Of a stretch of 64,000 nucleotides of DNA, positions 36,401 through 51,400 are shown one piece after another. The stretch's first letter is position 1; each line of letters opens with the position of its first letter. The DNA lies in contig CM082587.2 of assembly GCA_040954595.2 (NCBI GenBank), positions 6,995,705-7,059,704 of the forward strand. The letters run 5' to 3'. The position numbers and the translations under genes are program-made. The DNA comes from Balanoglossus misakiensis (Eukaryota > Animalia > Hemichordata). Below the pieces are notes generated by a model. It saw only the letters and a program-made list of their open reading frames with translations. It did no database searches and had not been told where the DNA came from.

Positions 36401-39400
36401 GTCAGAATCTGAAACGACATGTGAACGTTTTTGGGGGTAATGCATTGACTACAATAAAGTCAGTCTTGAGGTACATCTGAGAAACGGTTCCGGACCCATG
36501 CACAGACAGACAGAACCGATTCTGTAAGTCCCCGATTCTCACCAACGACCAGAATCGGGGACTGAAAAGAAAAGGGATCATACTGTGACTCTGACCACCA
36601 TCAAATGACAGTGAACAGTCTGACCTCTGAAGGGCCATTGCACTGCCTCTCTGCGACAGACGAGTCAGTGACCCCCGAGTAATAACGACATAATATCATG
36701 GTCACCTATCCACAGTCGTGGTTCGCCTTCAAATAACTTCCTTCCCTCAACTGGGTTTACCTTAAACAACAGGAAGTCTTCAAGATGTGCGTCAAAGCCA
36801 TTGCACTTAAAAATTGGCAGTTTTGTCGTTTCCTGGTGCCAAACATTAAGTTCTCGCACATTAAGTTCTCGCTTTCGAGGATAATGTCAAACCTACACAC
36901 AAGGACGCCATAAATAGATGATTTGATACACTAATGTATTATATCCCACAAATGATTTAGCTAATGCAGAAAACCAAAGTCTGTGTCCGAGATCGGGAAA
37001 AGACAGCAAATTGGGTAAAAAGAAGGGACAAAAATAAAGGCAGTCCACTATTTGAATGCTCTGAACGCAAAATTTGCAGAACATTTGGATTGGATGTGCA
37101 TATAAGATGATCGTCATCCTTTAATATGAAGAAAATGTCAGACAAGAAACTAACAAACTGGTCACACAACATTTTTTCCACAAAAACCTTCCACCATTAT
37201 TTTCTACATTTCAAAGTTCTCTTTGTAGCGAATTACATATTTGTATGCAGCAATGCCATTTGAATGATAATTTGAATGAATTTCCATTTCATAAAAAACC
37301 CGTAGTCAATAGGCTTCCAAATATAACTGACCTTACATAAATAATCATGTTGAAACATCCACAGAATATGTCGTATAGGGTACAAGCAAGACGAAAATTC
37401 TGAAGTCAAAGCTGGATCGCATATGAGAATACTCTCATTTGTATGTATCCACACATCTGCATCAAGAAATATCTATAAATGTCACGTACACAGCCTTTAA
37501 TGCGTCAGTATCAGATTTTTCTTACAGGGAACGCTAGTACCCCGGTAATTTCACAAAAGACATTACCTATGTCGATTTTGTGATTTTTATCCACTACACA
37601 TTGTGCTAATAAAGGCAAATTAGTCCAGGCAGAGAAAGAACATGCCTGCAAATTAATCGTATGCATTCAGAGGGGAAAGATTCAAACCGTGATGTGACTG
37701 CTAATTGTTCTATAATGAAACATCAATATGTCTTTTTGAATTAATCCACCAAGGCTTGAATAAATCAGAAATATTGAAGATATCATGAATGGCCCGAAAT
37801 CGGTAGAAGTAAACTGACCTCTTGAGGTGGTACATCAAAAGACACTGTTCTCAGATCAACTTTGGTGTAGTTCTCAATACACGGCATCACAAAGAAGATA
37901 CCTGGAAAGAAGAAGAAAAAAGATGAAAATGAGTAAATCAAAAGGAACAAGTTTAATATCTTCACATGAAAACTTTCAGTCCATGAAAAGTTTGCAGCAA
38001 ATTCACTGAAACAAATGCGATTTGCAAAAAAATTATATTTTCGTAAAGTATATTAGGAACTTTCAGGTTGTTATCAGGTTAGGTGTGAAATCGCGATTAG
38101 ATTAGATCAGTTTTGATTTGATTGAGGTCTTGGGATGTTTCCACAAACATAGTTAGCCCCTTAATTGCGTTAACATGTCGTCACACGAGGACACATGTCA
38201 GCCAATTTACAAACTGAAACGTTAGAACCTCTGTCTGCTTTAGTTTTACGCTACACTGCACGGGGAGAAATGAAACCCCACACATCGAACGACACGAGGC
38301 AAATAGGCGAGTTAAATTTCACGCATGGCTACGGTATCGCGTAAGCTTCCTTGATTACACTGATATACACATGTAGTGGCTTTTCCGGCCCTGACTTGGA
38401 AATCACTGCTCTATCTGTTAGCAGGTGATTTTTATTAATGCTTTTGAAGGGGGAGGCCAGATTGTTCGGGTTATGGTCGGGGGATACAGTAATGAGCAGA
38501 TATTGGAGACGACCGATGCAAATTGACAGCGAATCTTCTATCACTGCACACGGGTAGGGTATTTGCAGTGATTGTCACATATACATCAGTACCAGCTCCA
38601 TCTGCAGCTATCAATCAAACCCTCGAAGTTCAATCAACAGCGTATCAATCAATCAATCAATATGTTAATCAATCAATCAATCAATCAATCAGTCAATCAA
38701 TCAAACCAAGAATCAAAATAAACACAATGTGATATTTTACTGTACTGAACGACACAAGATACGTTTGGACAGCGCACTCATATGCATCTACCAGGGGTAC
38801 CGGTATATGTTAAGTTGAACTGCAAGATGGAAAAGGTGAATCCTTGTAGTTGTATTTCTGTGCAGGCGAGGGAGATGCAAGCTCAATGCCTGAATACTCA
38901 TTAAAGTTTTGACAATCACAGTGACTTAGCATGTCAACAAGGTGGCCCAGGAGATGATCTCAAACGACTGAGGGCAGATGGGCAGCTATCGGGGAAAAGG
39001 ATGATTTGCAGCTTTTAATCAGAATTTCCAATGGTGTACAGCATGCATGGGCAGCAGTGCATGCAGTGAAATGGTCTGCTCACGTGTAGAGTGTGGAAAG
39101 TTACACTTTATACATGTAGTCTGTCACAATTAAGAAAATGATGAAGATCGTGGATTCGAGACCAGGATGGTATGGTCGCAATGCTGTGCCAATCAATAAA
39201 TGGGCTGTATTCACCAGTTAGATGATGGACACAATAAACTAAAATTAAAATTTACAGCTTACAATCTATGGATAATTTATCATCAGAGGAAGGAAGAATA
39301 ATTGTAGTTTATAGAAACACAATTAAATCTGTCCAAGCCAAAAGCAACATTTTCTACCATCAGAAGATAACTCTCAATTGTTTTGATCTGTCCATGGACA

Positions 39401-42400
39401 GCTGAAATTATTGCTTCATAATTTCGGTCTCTTTATTATGTCTTAGCACGTATTGTTTGACTCAAATCATGTAAGATGGATTTCATTCCTTAGACAATGT
39501 CCAATTTTTCAAAAATCACAATAAAATTTGTTCGATACAGTCCTTCACTTACACAGCTAACTGGTAATGTATGATGGGATGCGTGATGAAATCTGACAAA
39601 TCCGGGAGGATTTTCCAGAGAGTAGTAAAAAGTTTTACGACATAATTTAATGCTCATTTTTATTCTTTTATTGTTGCTTGGAAATGTTCACGACAGAAGT
39701 AATGACGTTTCTTCATCTCCTGCAAGTCACGAGACACAGGCTCTACAGTACGTATCTATGTATTCAACATTTCCAATGGCATATACACTAAATTATCTTT
39801 CTGATCATAGATTAAACATATATGATATATATATGCCAGTGGATGGAGATGTGTCTGTCACTATGGGTACACAAACCGCAATATGGGTGTCTAGAGCCAT
39901 GAACACGAGTTCGAAAGTGGAGACTTGTCAATGATAGTTCATAAAAATGAGAAATAACAGCAATTTTTGTAACTCTAAAAATCTACCGTATGTACAGTAG
40001 GTAGGATGTTACCATAGCAATTGCAGATATACTCGTTCACAGACCTGTGTCACTGCCTAGAGATATGATTTTGGTGAAACATATGAACACTTACTGTCAA
40101 CACATGTAGATCACTGAGCAATGAATGCCTGGCAATGTGACTGTTATTGTTAATAACAGCGGCATGCACATACAAGAAACTGTGTTAAAAGATCATTCAA
40201 ACCTGTGGTGAAAATTAAGTTGACCACAAATTTTGACACGAATTATCTGTGTGAATATGAAGGCCAGACATGTACTTCTTATGAAAATCTTATTATTAGT
40301 TTCTTCTAAGAGTAAGATTCCTATGGAAATCTTATAAATACAAAAATAGACTCTAGTGAGTGTTGACATCGTGAAAAGAAGGGTACAGAGCTTTGAGTGC
40401 ACTATTCTTCTGGAGTTGAATAAGCCGTTAGGTTTGTCTCCATCACACTGGAAAAATGCAACTGTATAAATAAAGGTGACATTTGATCATTTGATCATGT
40501 GGATACAGTGACCTTTGATTAAAGGGTGAGATTTTGTTGTCATTTGACAGTGGTCTTATGATTACCCAGGTGTTATCATGAGAAATATGATGTGTTTGGT
40601 GCTCATAAACAGGAAAGCAATGCAGCCAATACAAGCCTTATAAAGTTAGGTGGTGCATGTACCGGTACGTGCCTTAGTGACAGATTTTCAGAAAAATGAT
40701 AGTACATCCTCATAACATTTAAATTCTTTGCTATATTAAAGTGTGTGAGGAGTCTTTTTGAAAACAAAGCATAAACCTAGTGTTCATGATTTAGTTTTCA
40801 TAGAAATCACTACTTAAATATGCTTCTACAGGTATAGAGTTAACACAGAGATTTGCTCAATTTGGAGGTAAACTTCATTAAATGTTTTGCTCATTGAAAA
40901 AAGCATAAGTTAAAAAAAATGCCGACTAAAAATTTCTGTTTTATCAAATTAAATTCAGAGCTTTAAATTCAATAACTTATCATAGTGACTCTTGTATTTT
41001 AATATGGATTTTGATGGCATGTACAAAGAAGAATTTAAAAATCAATAATTTAAAGAAATAACGTTATTATTAACTTTATCAATTGTACAGGCTCGGTGCA
41101 TCCTCAACTTCTTGATGTTCTGGACTTAAATAGCGGAAGCATTAACTGATTAACAGTGAAAGAGCATACATAACTCAGGGCTATTCATAAAATACAGCCA
41201 TCTATTGGTGGAGGTTATATGTGCATCATATTGGACGACTAAGCAAGCCTGTACATATGTGTGAGCCGTTGTCCATATATGGCTGTATTTTGTGTCTATA
41301 ACCTTATGTTCCTATTTGATGTCCACTTTCTGTCATTTTGCGGCATCTTATGTAGAAAGAAATTATAGCCCTCTTCTAGAAAGAAATCAATGCAGATGAG
41401 AACAATATTTGCCAGTAAAATTTAACGTATTTCTTTGTCGTTATAACCACACTTCAGATTTCTTCCCAGCGGCCACTCATTACACTATTGACCATAAAAT
41501 GATGAGAAAACTGCCATAAAACTTTACGGGCGTGTACTTGGTGACAAGTGGAAACATTTGAAAATGCTGTAAAAGATTTACTGGTGCGCCACATTAAACA
41601 AATTGGAAGTTTGTAGATCGACACTTAGAATGTAGGACAACATAATAAAATTTCATTGGGCATAAAAACCCATAGAGAGCGTTTCTATGTGGTGTCACGT
41701 GTTCTTTTGAAGATGGAAATTAACTAAGAGTGAGATCGTCAAGATTTAATAGTTGTATATGTTTGGTGATAGGTCCAAGAAAATTAAAGCTCAAAAATAT
41801 CAATATTTACCAAACTATACTAATATAAACAAGACCACGCAACAGGACTTTGTTTGACATTCACTGAAGCTCTAAAACTTGGCTGGCGTCTGGCAGGTAC
41901 TTGTGGTTATGGCCACGCCGTTTGGAATAGCGTGGAACAGCTAGACTGTAATTTCCGGCCACGGTGTTTCCTGATTGTCAAGCTCGTGTGCATTAACAGT
42001 TATTAAGCTGAAATGACCCGTGAGAGATATTAAGTACCGACTAGGAGTTTAAACAATTAATACTCCTTCGACCTTGGAATACTGATAGTGAGATATTGCA
42101 CTATTAAACAGGTCATTTTCAGATGGTTCTGCATGGTTGCGTGCACAATGTACTTTCTCCTGAGCCATGTGACTTATACACAAGAAGTGCCAGGCTATAA
42201 ATTATGAAAGGGTATTTGAGTTTCTCTCACTCCACTGTTTCTGACAAACATACAATGTACATTTGTACATGTGCATGTACAACTATTTAAAAGTTAAATG
42301 TAATTACCGATAGGCTGAGCAAAAGCGCAAATTTCCCCACGCACGAACACATGCTGACTTGTTTTGGCTTTATACAAACACAGTAGTCATTACCAAGGAC

Positions 42401-45400
42401 ATGAATTTTTCACCTACAAGTCGTAACTTATTCATGGAATATTACAGTCTGGGTGCATTGCTGGCTTTTCGTTCCATGTGGCAATGTCTTGTGGATCTAC
42501 TAATACATATGGAACAACTGACTGTATAAATACTTCATATTTCACTAGTTTGCCATCTACAATGACGCAAGATTTAAAGATGCGACAACGGAAACTTCGA
42601 TAGTTCCTGAAATTTTTCTTGAAATTTCAAAAATCTGCCAGAGGGCGCTCTTTGCTATTTAAAATTATCTAGTCTGAAACACAAATAAGATTATCACTTC
42701 ATATACATGTGACCATGCCCTATAAGACTTTCTCATGAAGTAAAGAAAATCAAATCAAATTTCAGCCTGAACCTGCAGTTATAAACAAGAATATCATTGA
42801 AAAGCAGATAGTTTTGTTGCTAGGCTACAAATGGAAACAGTATTACATGATTTCATCATCAAATTTATTACTTTAGAGAAATCAGAAGAAAAAAAAACAT
42901 CCAGTATTAAATGTAGATTTCATCAGTTGCAGAGTTTGGTGGAGGAAATTTTAATCTGTGTCGCTTAAAAGTAAATGGTTTTATCCACTGGGAAATTTCA
43001 CTTAATAATCACAAGGGTAATATAGGAAGATTTGATGGGGGAGCTGTAAGCTGCTTATCACGAGAGATTTGCAAAATGAGTCGCTGCCTACGCACATGTA
43101 TGTACTAGTATATCATGAATGGACAAACAGATACACAAGGCGAGATAAGGTGGGATCCGCAATTCAAAACAGAAAAGGAGACTTCGCCACTTTTTGAATT
43201 TCTCTGGTGGTCGTTCCAAACATCGTCTCAAATTGCTCTGTTTCGCAGGTTAAATGAATATGTAATTTCGGGTCTGACGATATACTAACTGATCATCACT
43301 GTACTGCATGCGAACCTGTCCTCTAAATGTGCAGTGATGACTATAGTGTGTTTGGGCTTGAGGCTCTAATGTTTTCAACGTTCCATCGGCAAGAGTATAC
43401 AACGATTGAGTGTGCACTTCCATGTGCATTTTCATTCCGAGTGCAGGGAATTATCATGCATTGTACTCCGGGGAACGGCGCCGGTATTTAAAGAACAATT
43501 CCCGGGAAATCAAATCAAGGAGTTTGATCACACTGAAAAGCTCTCAAACTGTGCGACTTCCATATTGATCACGGTACTTTTTTCCCCATTGTTTGTTTCC
43601 TTCAGATTCTTTGTCTGTGTTTTGTACCGCTAAAATCTCAATGACTGACTTCATTTTTTTAAACTTTCCCTTACAGACCTGCACAGGGACTGTTTAATCA
43701 AACCAACAATTTCATGGCATTAAGTTTCCCCTTTTCTAGAGAAACATCATATTCTTGATTGCCAAATGCATTAACTTATCATATGTGGTAACTGCAGGTC
43801 ATAATTAACATTTAAAAAGCAACATTTCTTTTACCTGTTCTACTATAATGACACAATTGCCTTCTAATTTATTTCCTTTTTTGCTAGACAGGAACTAATC
43901 AGTGGTATGAAGAGCATTAAAGGAATGCAGCTGTAACTTTTGATTATTATTACATTATTCTGATCTGTGAAACAATCGTGTTTAAATGCCAAATATTGAG
44001 CCTGTTGAAAAAAGTATGTATACACGGATAATAGCACAATGTTAGTGTTGCCATTAGAACTAGAAACTGTAGTGGAAAAAAATTGTGATCATACCAAATA
44101 TAGTATTTACACGGCTAGTTGAAAAGACAAACAGTCACAAAGTTATAGTACAGCACAGTCACAAAGTTATAGTACAGCACAGACAATCAACAAAACAGCC
44201 ACAGAACAAAGTTAAGTCCTTGAAATTTAGAAAGATATATGGACTTCTGGCCAAAAAAAAGACCAGGAGACAAGAAATATTTAAGAATATTATAAAAAGT
44301 TGTACAGCTTCTGTTCCTCCATCCCTGTCACCCCCCAGTTCCCTTTACAGAGGTCCAACCTTACTATAGACAAAACAATGGGTTTGGACTAAACCACGGT
44401 GGTGAAAGGGTTAATCTACTTACCAGGTCCCTTTGCACCACCAGGTAGAAGTCGTCCCAACCGGAATATCACGGCACGTTCATACTCCTGCACAACCTGA
44501 AAAATTAATGGTGAAAATCATCCATTAATACTCGAAATTCTAAATTTACGTCACCTTCAATTGTGTTCTTAATCTGTAATGTACATTATAGTTGGGGCCT
44601 GTCTAAATTATTCAAAATCAAACTGAATAACAGACTGTATATCATGCTAGTTCAGACTGTTAATGTATGATATATTGACTGGCCATACACAAAGATTGGT
44701 TAATATACCGTATGTGCTGTTACATATGGTCACACATAATTCCAGTGACTCAGTCACCAGCTAACACTTTTACAAAGTTTTATGTTACTTTTATATATAA
44801 TTCCCCCGTATTTTGAACAAGTGTTTCTGTGTCGCGGACGAGTGATTCCCCGTATAGTGGCCGTATCCCTCCGAGCCGCAGGAATTCTTACTGCTAGCAC
44901 TATAAATCATAGCTACAGAGCAATAATATGTCAAGAAAGAAACAAACAAAATGGCCTCCTCCAATTTTTCAGAAATAGTCACAATGGCTGCCTATGTACC
45001 GTAGCTGACAATGATAAATGCGACAGGACAGTAAACCACACTAATACAGGCTTTTAAGTAATTAGGGCAGGCAACTGGAGGCAGAAAAGGTCATGGAAGC
45101 CGCGCATGAAACCACTTGATTACACTGTACATTTGTTTTTCCTGTGTTTTACACGAAAGGTGAAACCGTTTAAGAACCATCCAAGTCGCAGAATCGACAT
45201 CGCTTTTTACGGGATCTTGGTAATGGAACACACAAACTGTGAACACAGCCAGTTCTTTGAAGGTAACCAAGAGCAACGTCTAGACTCATAAATGATTCAG
45301 CAAACTCGAACCAAATGGAAAAATCTTGTCACCGAGCCACTGAGTACAAACCCGACAGGAAATAAGCTCATCAAGGTGAAATTATCGAGCGCCAGCGACT

Positions 45401-48400
45401 TCCAAGGAAATTGCTTATCAACAAATTATAACATAATCTGCCATTCATAAATAAATGATCGGTCAGATTTGGTAGCATCCAACCTATCCTTTTTTATACA
45501 TGGTACAATTCTTTCTTGCAGCAAACTTTCATGCAGCTTTCATCAAAGCCATCAATTATGTAGGCACCGATCACTTAGACATACAGAAACAGACTCAAAG
45601 TTTACATGGGAGCCACTCTAATCACAGACATGGCAGCATATGTCTGCATGTGACGCAAACATGCATTTCGTTATTCACCAGGTTACAACCAGAAACAATA
45701 AAACAACGTCTGATAAAAAAAGAACATCTAAAACTCACTGATGTGTGTGGCATTTACGTTTAATGCTTGACGTAACATTACCGCATGTTAACTACCCAAA
45801 TAATACTGCAGGAAGTCACTCGCATTGTAAAAAACAGCCATTTAATAGGTTTTTCCTCTGACTGATTGAGGTCCATTTATCTGCTCTTGGTATATAGCTT
45901 ACAGATTTGATGTGCTGTATCTGAGCCAGGGATTATAGTTTTAAGTCTGGATGAATCAATTTGCTCATTCAGACGGGTAAGGATTATGATATTCGGTGTT
46001 GGATGTCACTAATTATAGAGCAGCAGTGGAAGGGGTGATGGGCTTTGCTATAATTGCTCGCATGCATATATATTTCCTTTAAAAAACTGCCATCACATGC
46101 CCTGTACCGGTACGTCAGCATACAGCCTGGTCAACGCACTGTCACACATACATACATCTGTAATTTCTTACAATTCAAGGAGCCACTATGCATGTCTGTT
46201 AGCATTAGTGTGACACCACCACATCGAACACCGAGCAGTTACTTAAAATGTCAAGCAAATGGAACTAATCTTGGAACCTGTTGTTTTGCTGTCAGGTCGA
46301 CTTCAACGCGCTACACACAGGTGTTACCGGGGGCATCAATAATCATTTCCTGTCCAGCAGCACACGACAACTGACAAAACAAACCTAGCATGTGGCCATC
46401 TTCTGATGGTAACTCGAGCGACAATCTTCCCTTAAACAAAATACAGTAATTCAAGCAAAAACAACCTGAGACCAGATATCCATGTGGAAACACAAACCAG
46501 GGAGTTTATACAATGTATTTGTTTGCGATATGGCACTCTCACTGTTAGTTAAAATTCAACTCAAATCACTGGGTGTTCTGCCATATGCATACGGTGTAAG
46601 AGATCTTGTGGGTCAATGCGCAACATACAATTGTACCATCTAATGAACTACAAAACTGATAATTTTAGGACTTAAGGGACGCAAAATTTTCCACTTTGGT
46701 GATTTTCCAGACATCTGAGGATCATCTCCGTGTGAAAATAAACCACACACACATGCACAAACACGGAAACCGGTGCCCTAATTAGAGAGCTCAGTATGTT
46801 GAAATTTCGGCTCTACATGATGAATTCTCAGTCTCTTTTTCCACATCCTCTAAGATTAAATTTGATCTCTACCATAAGCCCTAGCTCCTAAGGGTGTATT
46901 GGAGAAACCCGAGTATTTCTCTGAACTCACATGAACATTACAAAATTAATTATGATTCACTACAACTTGGTACAAGGAGGTAAACAAATGTCACAAATGT
47001 TGGAGTTTGACGTCTGTTCATATGTGACATTTACTTTCAAACCTTGAATAAAAATACTTTCAACATCGTGTTCTTTCTACCTTTGATATTACAATTACAG
47101 TTTAGAATATGAAAGCAATTTCCCCATGTTTTGATATGATGCACCGTCCCACAGCTAAGAAAAATAACTCTTATACCGGTATAAGTATATAATCACACAG
47201 TTCTAAGCATTTGCTGATATTTGACTATCGAAGCTTTCATCGGTTCTGTTCAGTCATAAACATTCCACAGAGACCATATCCAAATCTTTGAGATTTAGGA
47301 AAAATTTGCCAAAGTGTAAAAATCAATAGCAAACGGCTGTCCATGACAATGCATTAACCCTGTGTGATTATGTCTTGTTAATGCATTATACTCATTTAAT
47401 ATCAAATTTATCACAAATTACACTCGATCTTAATGTTATAATCTTGATGCATTAAATGGTCTTTCAAGGCGAATATTTTGCAGGAACGTGGACAGCATAA
47501 TGTCATTTAAATAAAATTATCCATTAACAAAAATTTGTGGATAATTTACTGCGCGCATTAACTTAAAAAGTCAGACAGAAAGAAGTTATGCCATGTTCCC
47601 ACCTGCAAAGCCTTTTAAAGTTTGGACAAATGCAGTCAGTTTTGATATACTGTACCTGTATATCATACTTGCAAAAAGGCGTTACATATGCAAATTACTT
47701 ACCCATGATGTACAAATTTGCCATACTATGGGGGAGCTGTCAGTCAAATATTCACAAATTTTCAATTTGGCCCAAACCGGCAAAATGTGTTTTGTCAGTA
47801 GAGCACACACATAGTCGCAGAGTATATTGATTACAGGGTGCTATTAAACTGATCCTTTCATCGAATGCATCTATCTGTGTCTCATTGAGTATCGGCATAT
47901 TTCATTTCCTCTTATGAATGACTCTACTGGCATATACACCAAATTGTCTTATCATTCACTGCCTATCCGCAAATGCAATCATCCAAAACGTACACGTGAA
48001 CCAAAATTTCCGGTATGATATCCCGAGTAATTCCATGCGACCAATTCTCTGCACAATGCCACAGTTGTATTAGTCACCTTGACGACATAAAAGACCGATT
48101 ATATTAAAAAGTTTATTGCATACACAGCATGGACTCCTGTGATGATCTGATAATCTACCTTCTTGCAAATTAAGCCATTAAACATTTAATACTTCCTTGA
48201 ATGTGTCAAGCAAATTCGCCTGGGATTGAAGTAACGGCCTTGCTTTTATTGATATTAACACTAGTAACTGCTGCAATACATGTTTGTATCGTATGGTTCA
48301 GTAACACCTGTGGTAATAGTAAAATTTAAAAGTACCTGTATATCACATTCACATGTGAGAAATTTCGCCGAACACGAAAATGGTTTTCATAACTTACAAT

Positions 48401-51400
48401 TTTATGCTTATTATGAGAAACCATTGATATTGTAAAAACAAATAATGCTCGCAAGCTTCAAAACATACGGTACACAGTTGCACATGTCATATATGTTTAA
48501 ATGGCTCCTCATGTTTTCCAAACCTTGCAACTCTACCAATTTTCAAATGAATTTTGGCGGATTAAACTCATCAAAAGAGACTAATGCATTACATGTTTTA
48601 AAATTACAATGCAAATTTTCAGCAAAATTCAGCAAACATTTGGAGGAGCTTAAATGTCATAAGCTGTTTTCATTTGCAAATTGTTGATATCACTGGCCAG
48701 CAACTATTAAAAACACATACTTGTTCGATAGTACAGGGCTTCTGTACTTTCTATTTCAAAGGAATCAACAGAACTTTGCATTTTCATTGATTTTGCTAAT
48801 CAATGGATAGATCGCAAATTCTTCAGGAAACACTGCTTTGCTCTCTGAACTACTGAGTATCTCTCTAAAGTACAGTGAAACGGTATGTGTTTTTGTTTTT
48901 AGTTGTAACTTAAACTTTGAATAGGTAACCAGTACCATATCGGTAGTATAATACTATCATAGAGGCATTTGTAGTTTATAATGACTGGTAAATGTAGATG
49001 ATTCATTTGCAGAGACCATATTTTCTAAGGACACAATGTTATGTCATCGACCCTACAATGATTAAGAGTGTTCTTCCATCTTTAAATCTGTCTTACCATA
49101 TCAGGGCAGTCAAACCCAAAATTGACCATGAAATGTCTAACTAGATAGCAACTCACTCAAAAATTGGTGAAACTAATTGTATATAAAATATTAAAAGGAT
49201 CACAGAAGTAGTGCCAAACCAAATAGTAAGTTGTTAATGGACTGCGCCGGCTGTCTTACCCCAGTAATTCAAACTATTACCATGTAAAGTTTAAAACATT
49301 AACCTCACACAGCTACAACCATCTTGCAGGCTGACATCTGATCTAATCAAATCAGTTGGATGCATTCTGAATATTCGCTTGTACATGTGGAGCACAGTGC
49401 ACCAAGTCTATAATGTGTAGAAATCATGAAAGTCTAGCTTAATAGAAAATTCCACACAATACAACAGCATACAGTGGATTCATGAGTGTTTCCCACTTTA
49501 TCGTTCATTGATTTTTGACGGCTTAGATGAAAATTCTATTCAACCAGATGATCATATTTGTTCTGTTAAGTACAAATTTCATGAATGCAAAACTTAAATT
49601 TACATGCATGATCAGGTTTGCAATTACATTTTCATCTATCTGGATTTCATCTGGATTATAACCAACACCAACTGCTTTTGAGAATATCAGCAATGCATAA
49701 GTTTTACCATTACTTTATCTTTGATGTAAATTTTAAAATTCTAGGAGTTCACTTGAAAAAATAATGGAACTATGCTGTTCAGGACATCTATGGCCAAGAC
49801 AACTATTCGCGTTATTACGAAAGGTTGTAAGATGCAAACATTAGCAAGCTAATGTTACAAATGACTGTGGAACACTTTTAGCTATTATAAGTTCTATCCA
49901 TGCAAGGCAAACTGCATCTACATGTACAGGTATGCATCCACGCCAGACAATGAGGCAAATAATTGTCGTCATAAAAGCCATCTACTTGTGAGTTTCAAGC
50001 CCGCAAATTTTTAGACACATCAGTTGTGCATCATGATGTCGAAAACAGCAGCCAAACGAGATACTATTGACGTCATAATACAAATTTAGAAACACCAGCA
50101 AAAAATTTCCATCACATGTGAAGTGTATTATATTATGAGACCTTTTTTTCTGATAAGATGTCAACTCTCACAGCAATACAGTAAAAAAGTAGACCCTTCA
50201 TGATACAATCCCCCTCTTTTCAACATTTTTAAATGTATCAAGATGCATGTCATGCCTCTCTTTGAAAATTTACTGTCAATATCTCGCATGAAAAGAAAAA
50301 TACTCTGACATCCAAAGAAATCAATACATCGCATGATGAATGTGCCCGTAACATCTGCCAAGAAATGTGTTCATCTCGTATGATTTATGTTTTCATAGAG
50401 TTTCCAAAGGCATATCATATCACCTGATCAGCACATCAGATTTCATCCAGCTGTCCTTTTATGTCGGACAATAAATAACAGAGCAAAATCTGATCTTTGT
50501 GTCAAGCAAATAAGGTGGCGTAAATTTTTCCACATTAAAAACAGGTGCCGGACAAAAGAGATTTGATTTCTTCATAAACTGATAAGTTCAAAATCATAAT
50601 TTCTCTCAGAATTAAATATTTTTTACAGTTCCCGCTTCAATAAATGGAGAGTACACTGGTACAGATAGGAACTGGTACCAGCTAGACACACATGCAGACA
50701 AATCCCCCATTTCACTACTCATCTGCACCATCTACTTTGAGCCATTCTCCATGATACTGTACCTTGTATTGTGTGATTCCACCCACATTTTGGAACCTAA
50801 CACCTTCTTGATGTCTAAGAAAACATTTTCACCAAATTTCTGAAATGCCATGAGCATATTTTAATTGAAATTCAGCTCTTATTCTCACAACTTACAGAAT
50901 TTTCTGAATGTTAAAAAATATTATTTGGCCTAAATTGAAAAGTGGCAAGCAAAGTGAAACAGTCATTCTTCATGAGAGATGATTTCAGCTCTAATTTTTC
51001 TTCCTTTCTCAGTGGATGCTCTTCACAAAATGTTGGGAGTTTTGTGATAAATAATTTTCACTTTATGAGACCCTGTGATGTTGTCAAATGATGTATATTA
51101 CAGCTACAGATGAATTTCAGTCAGCCAACCTGAACCAGTACAAACCATGCGAAAGTCATTTAGTAAACAGATCATGAGATAAATAATGACCTTGCGACCC
51201 TTTTCAAAAAGACCTGCCTCAGAGTTACTAATTTTGTGAAGAGCCACTTGTAAATTAACCTGCCGAGATGTCTCCAAGCTGACAGTATGAAATGAAACCA
51301 CCTCATGGGACAAGATTTATAATTTGCGGCGATATGTAATCTGTCAGCTAGCGCATGGACCACCATCCAATTCGCGGGTTTTGCTTAATGCGCAGGGTTA

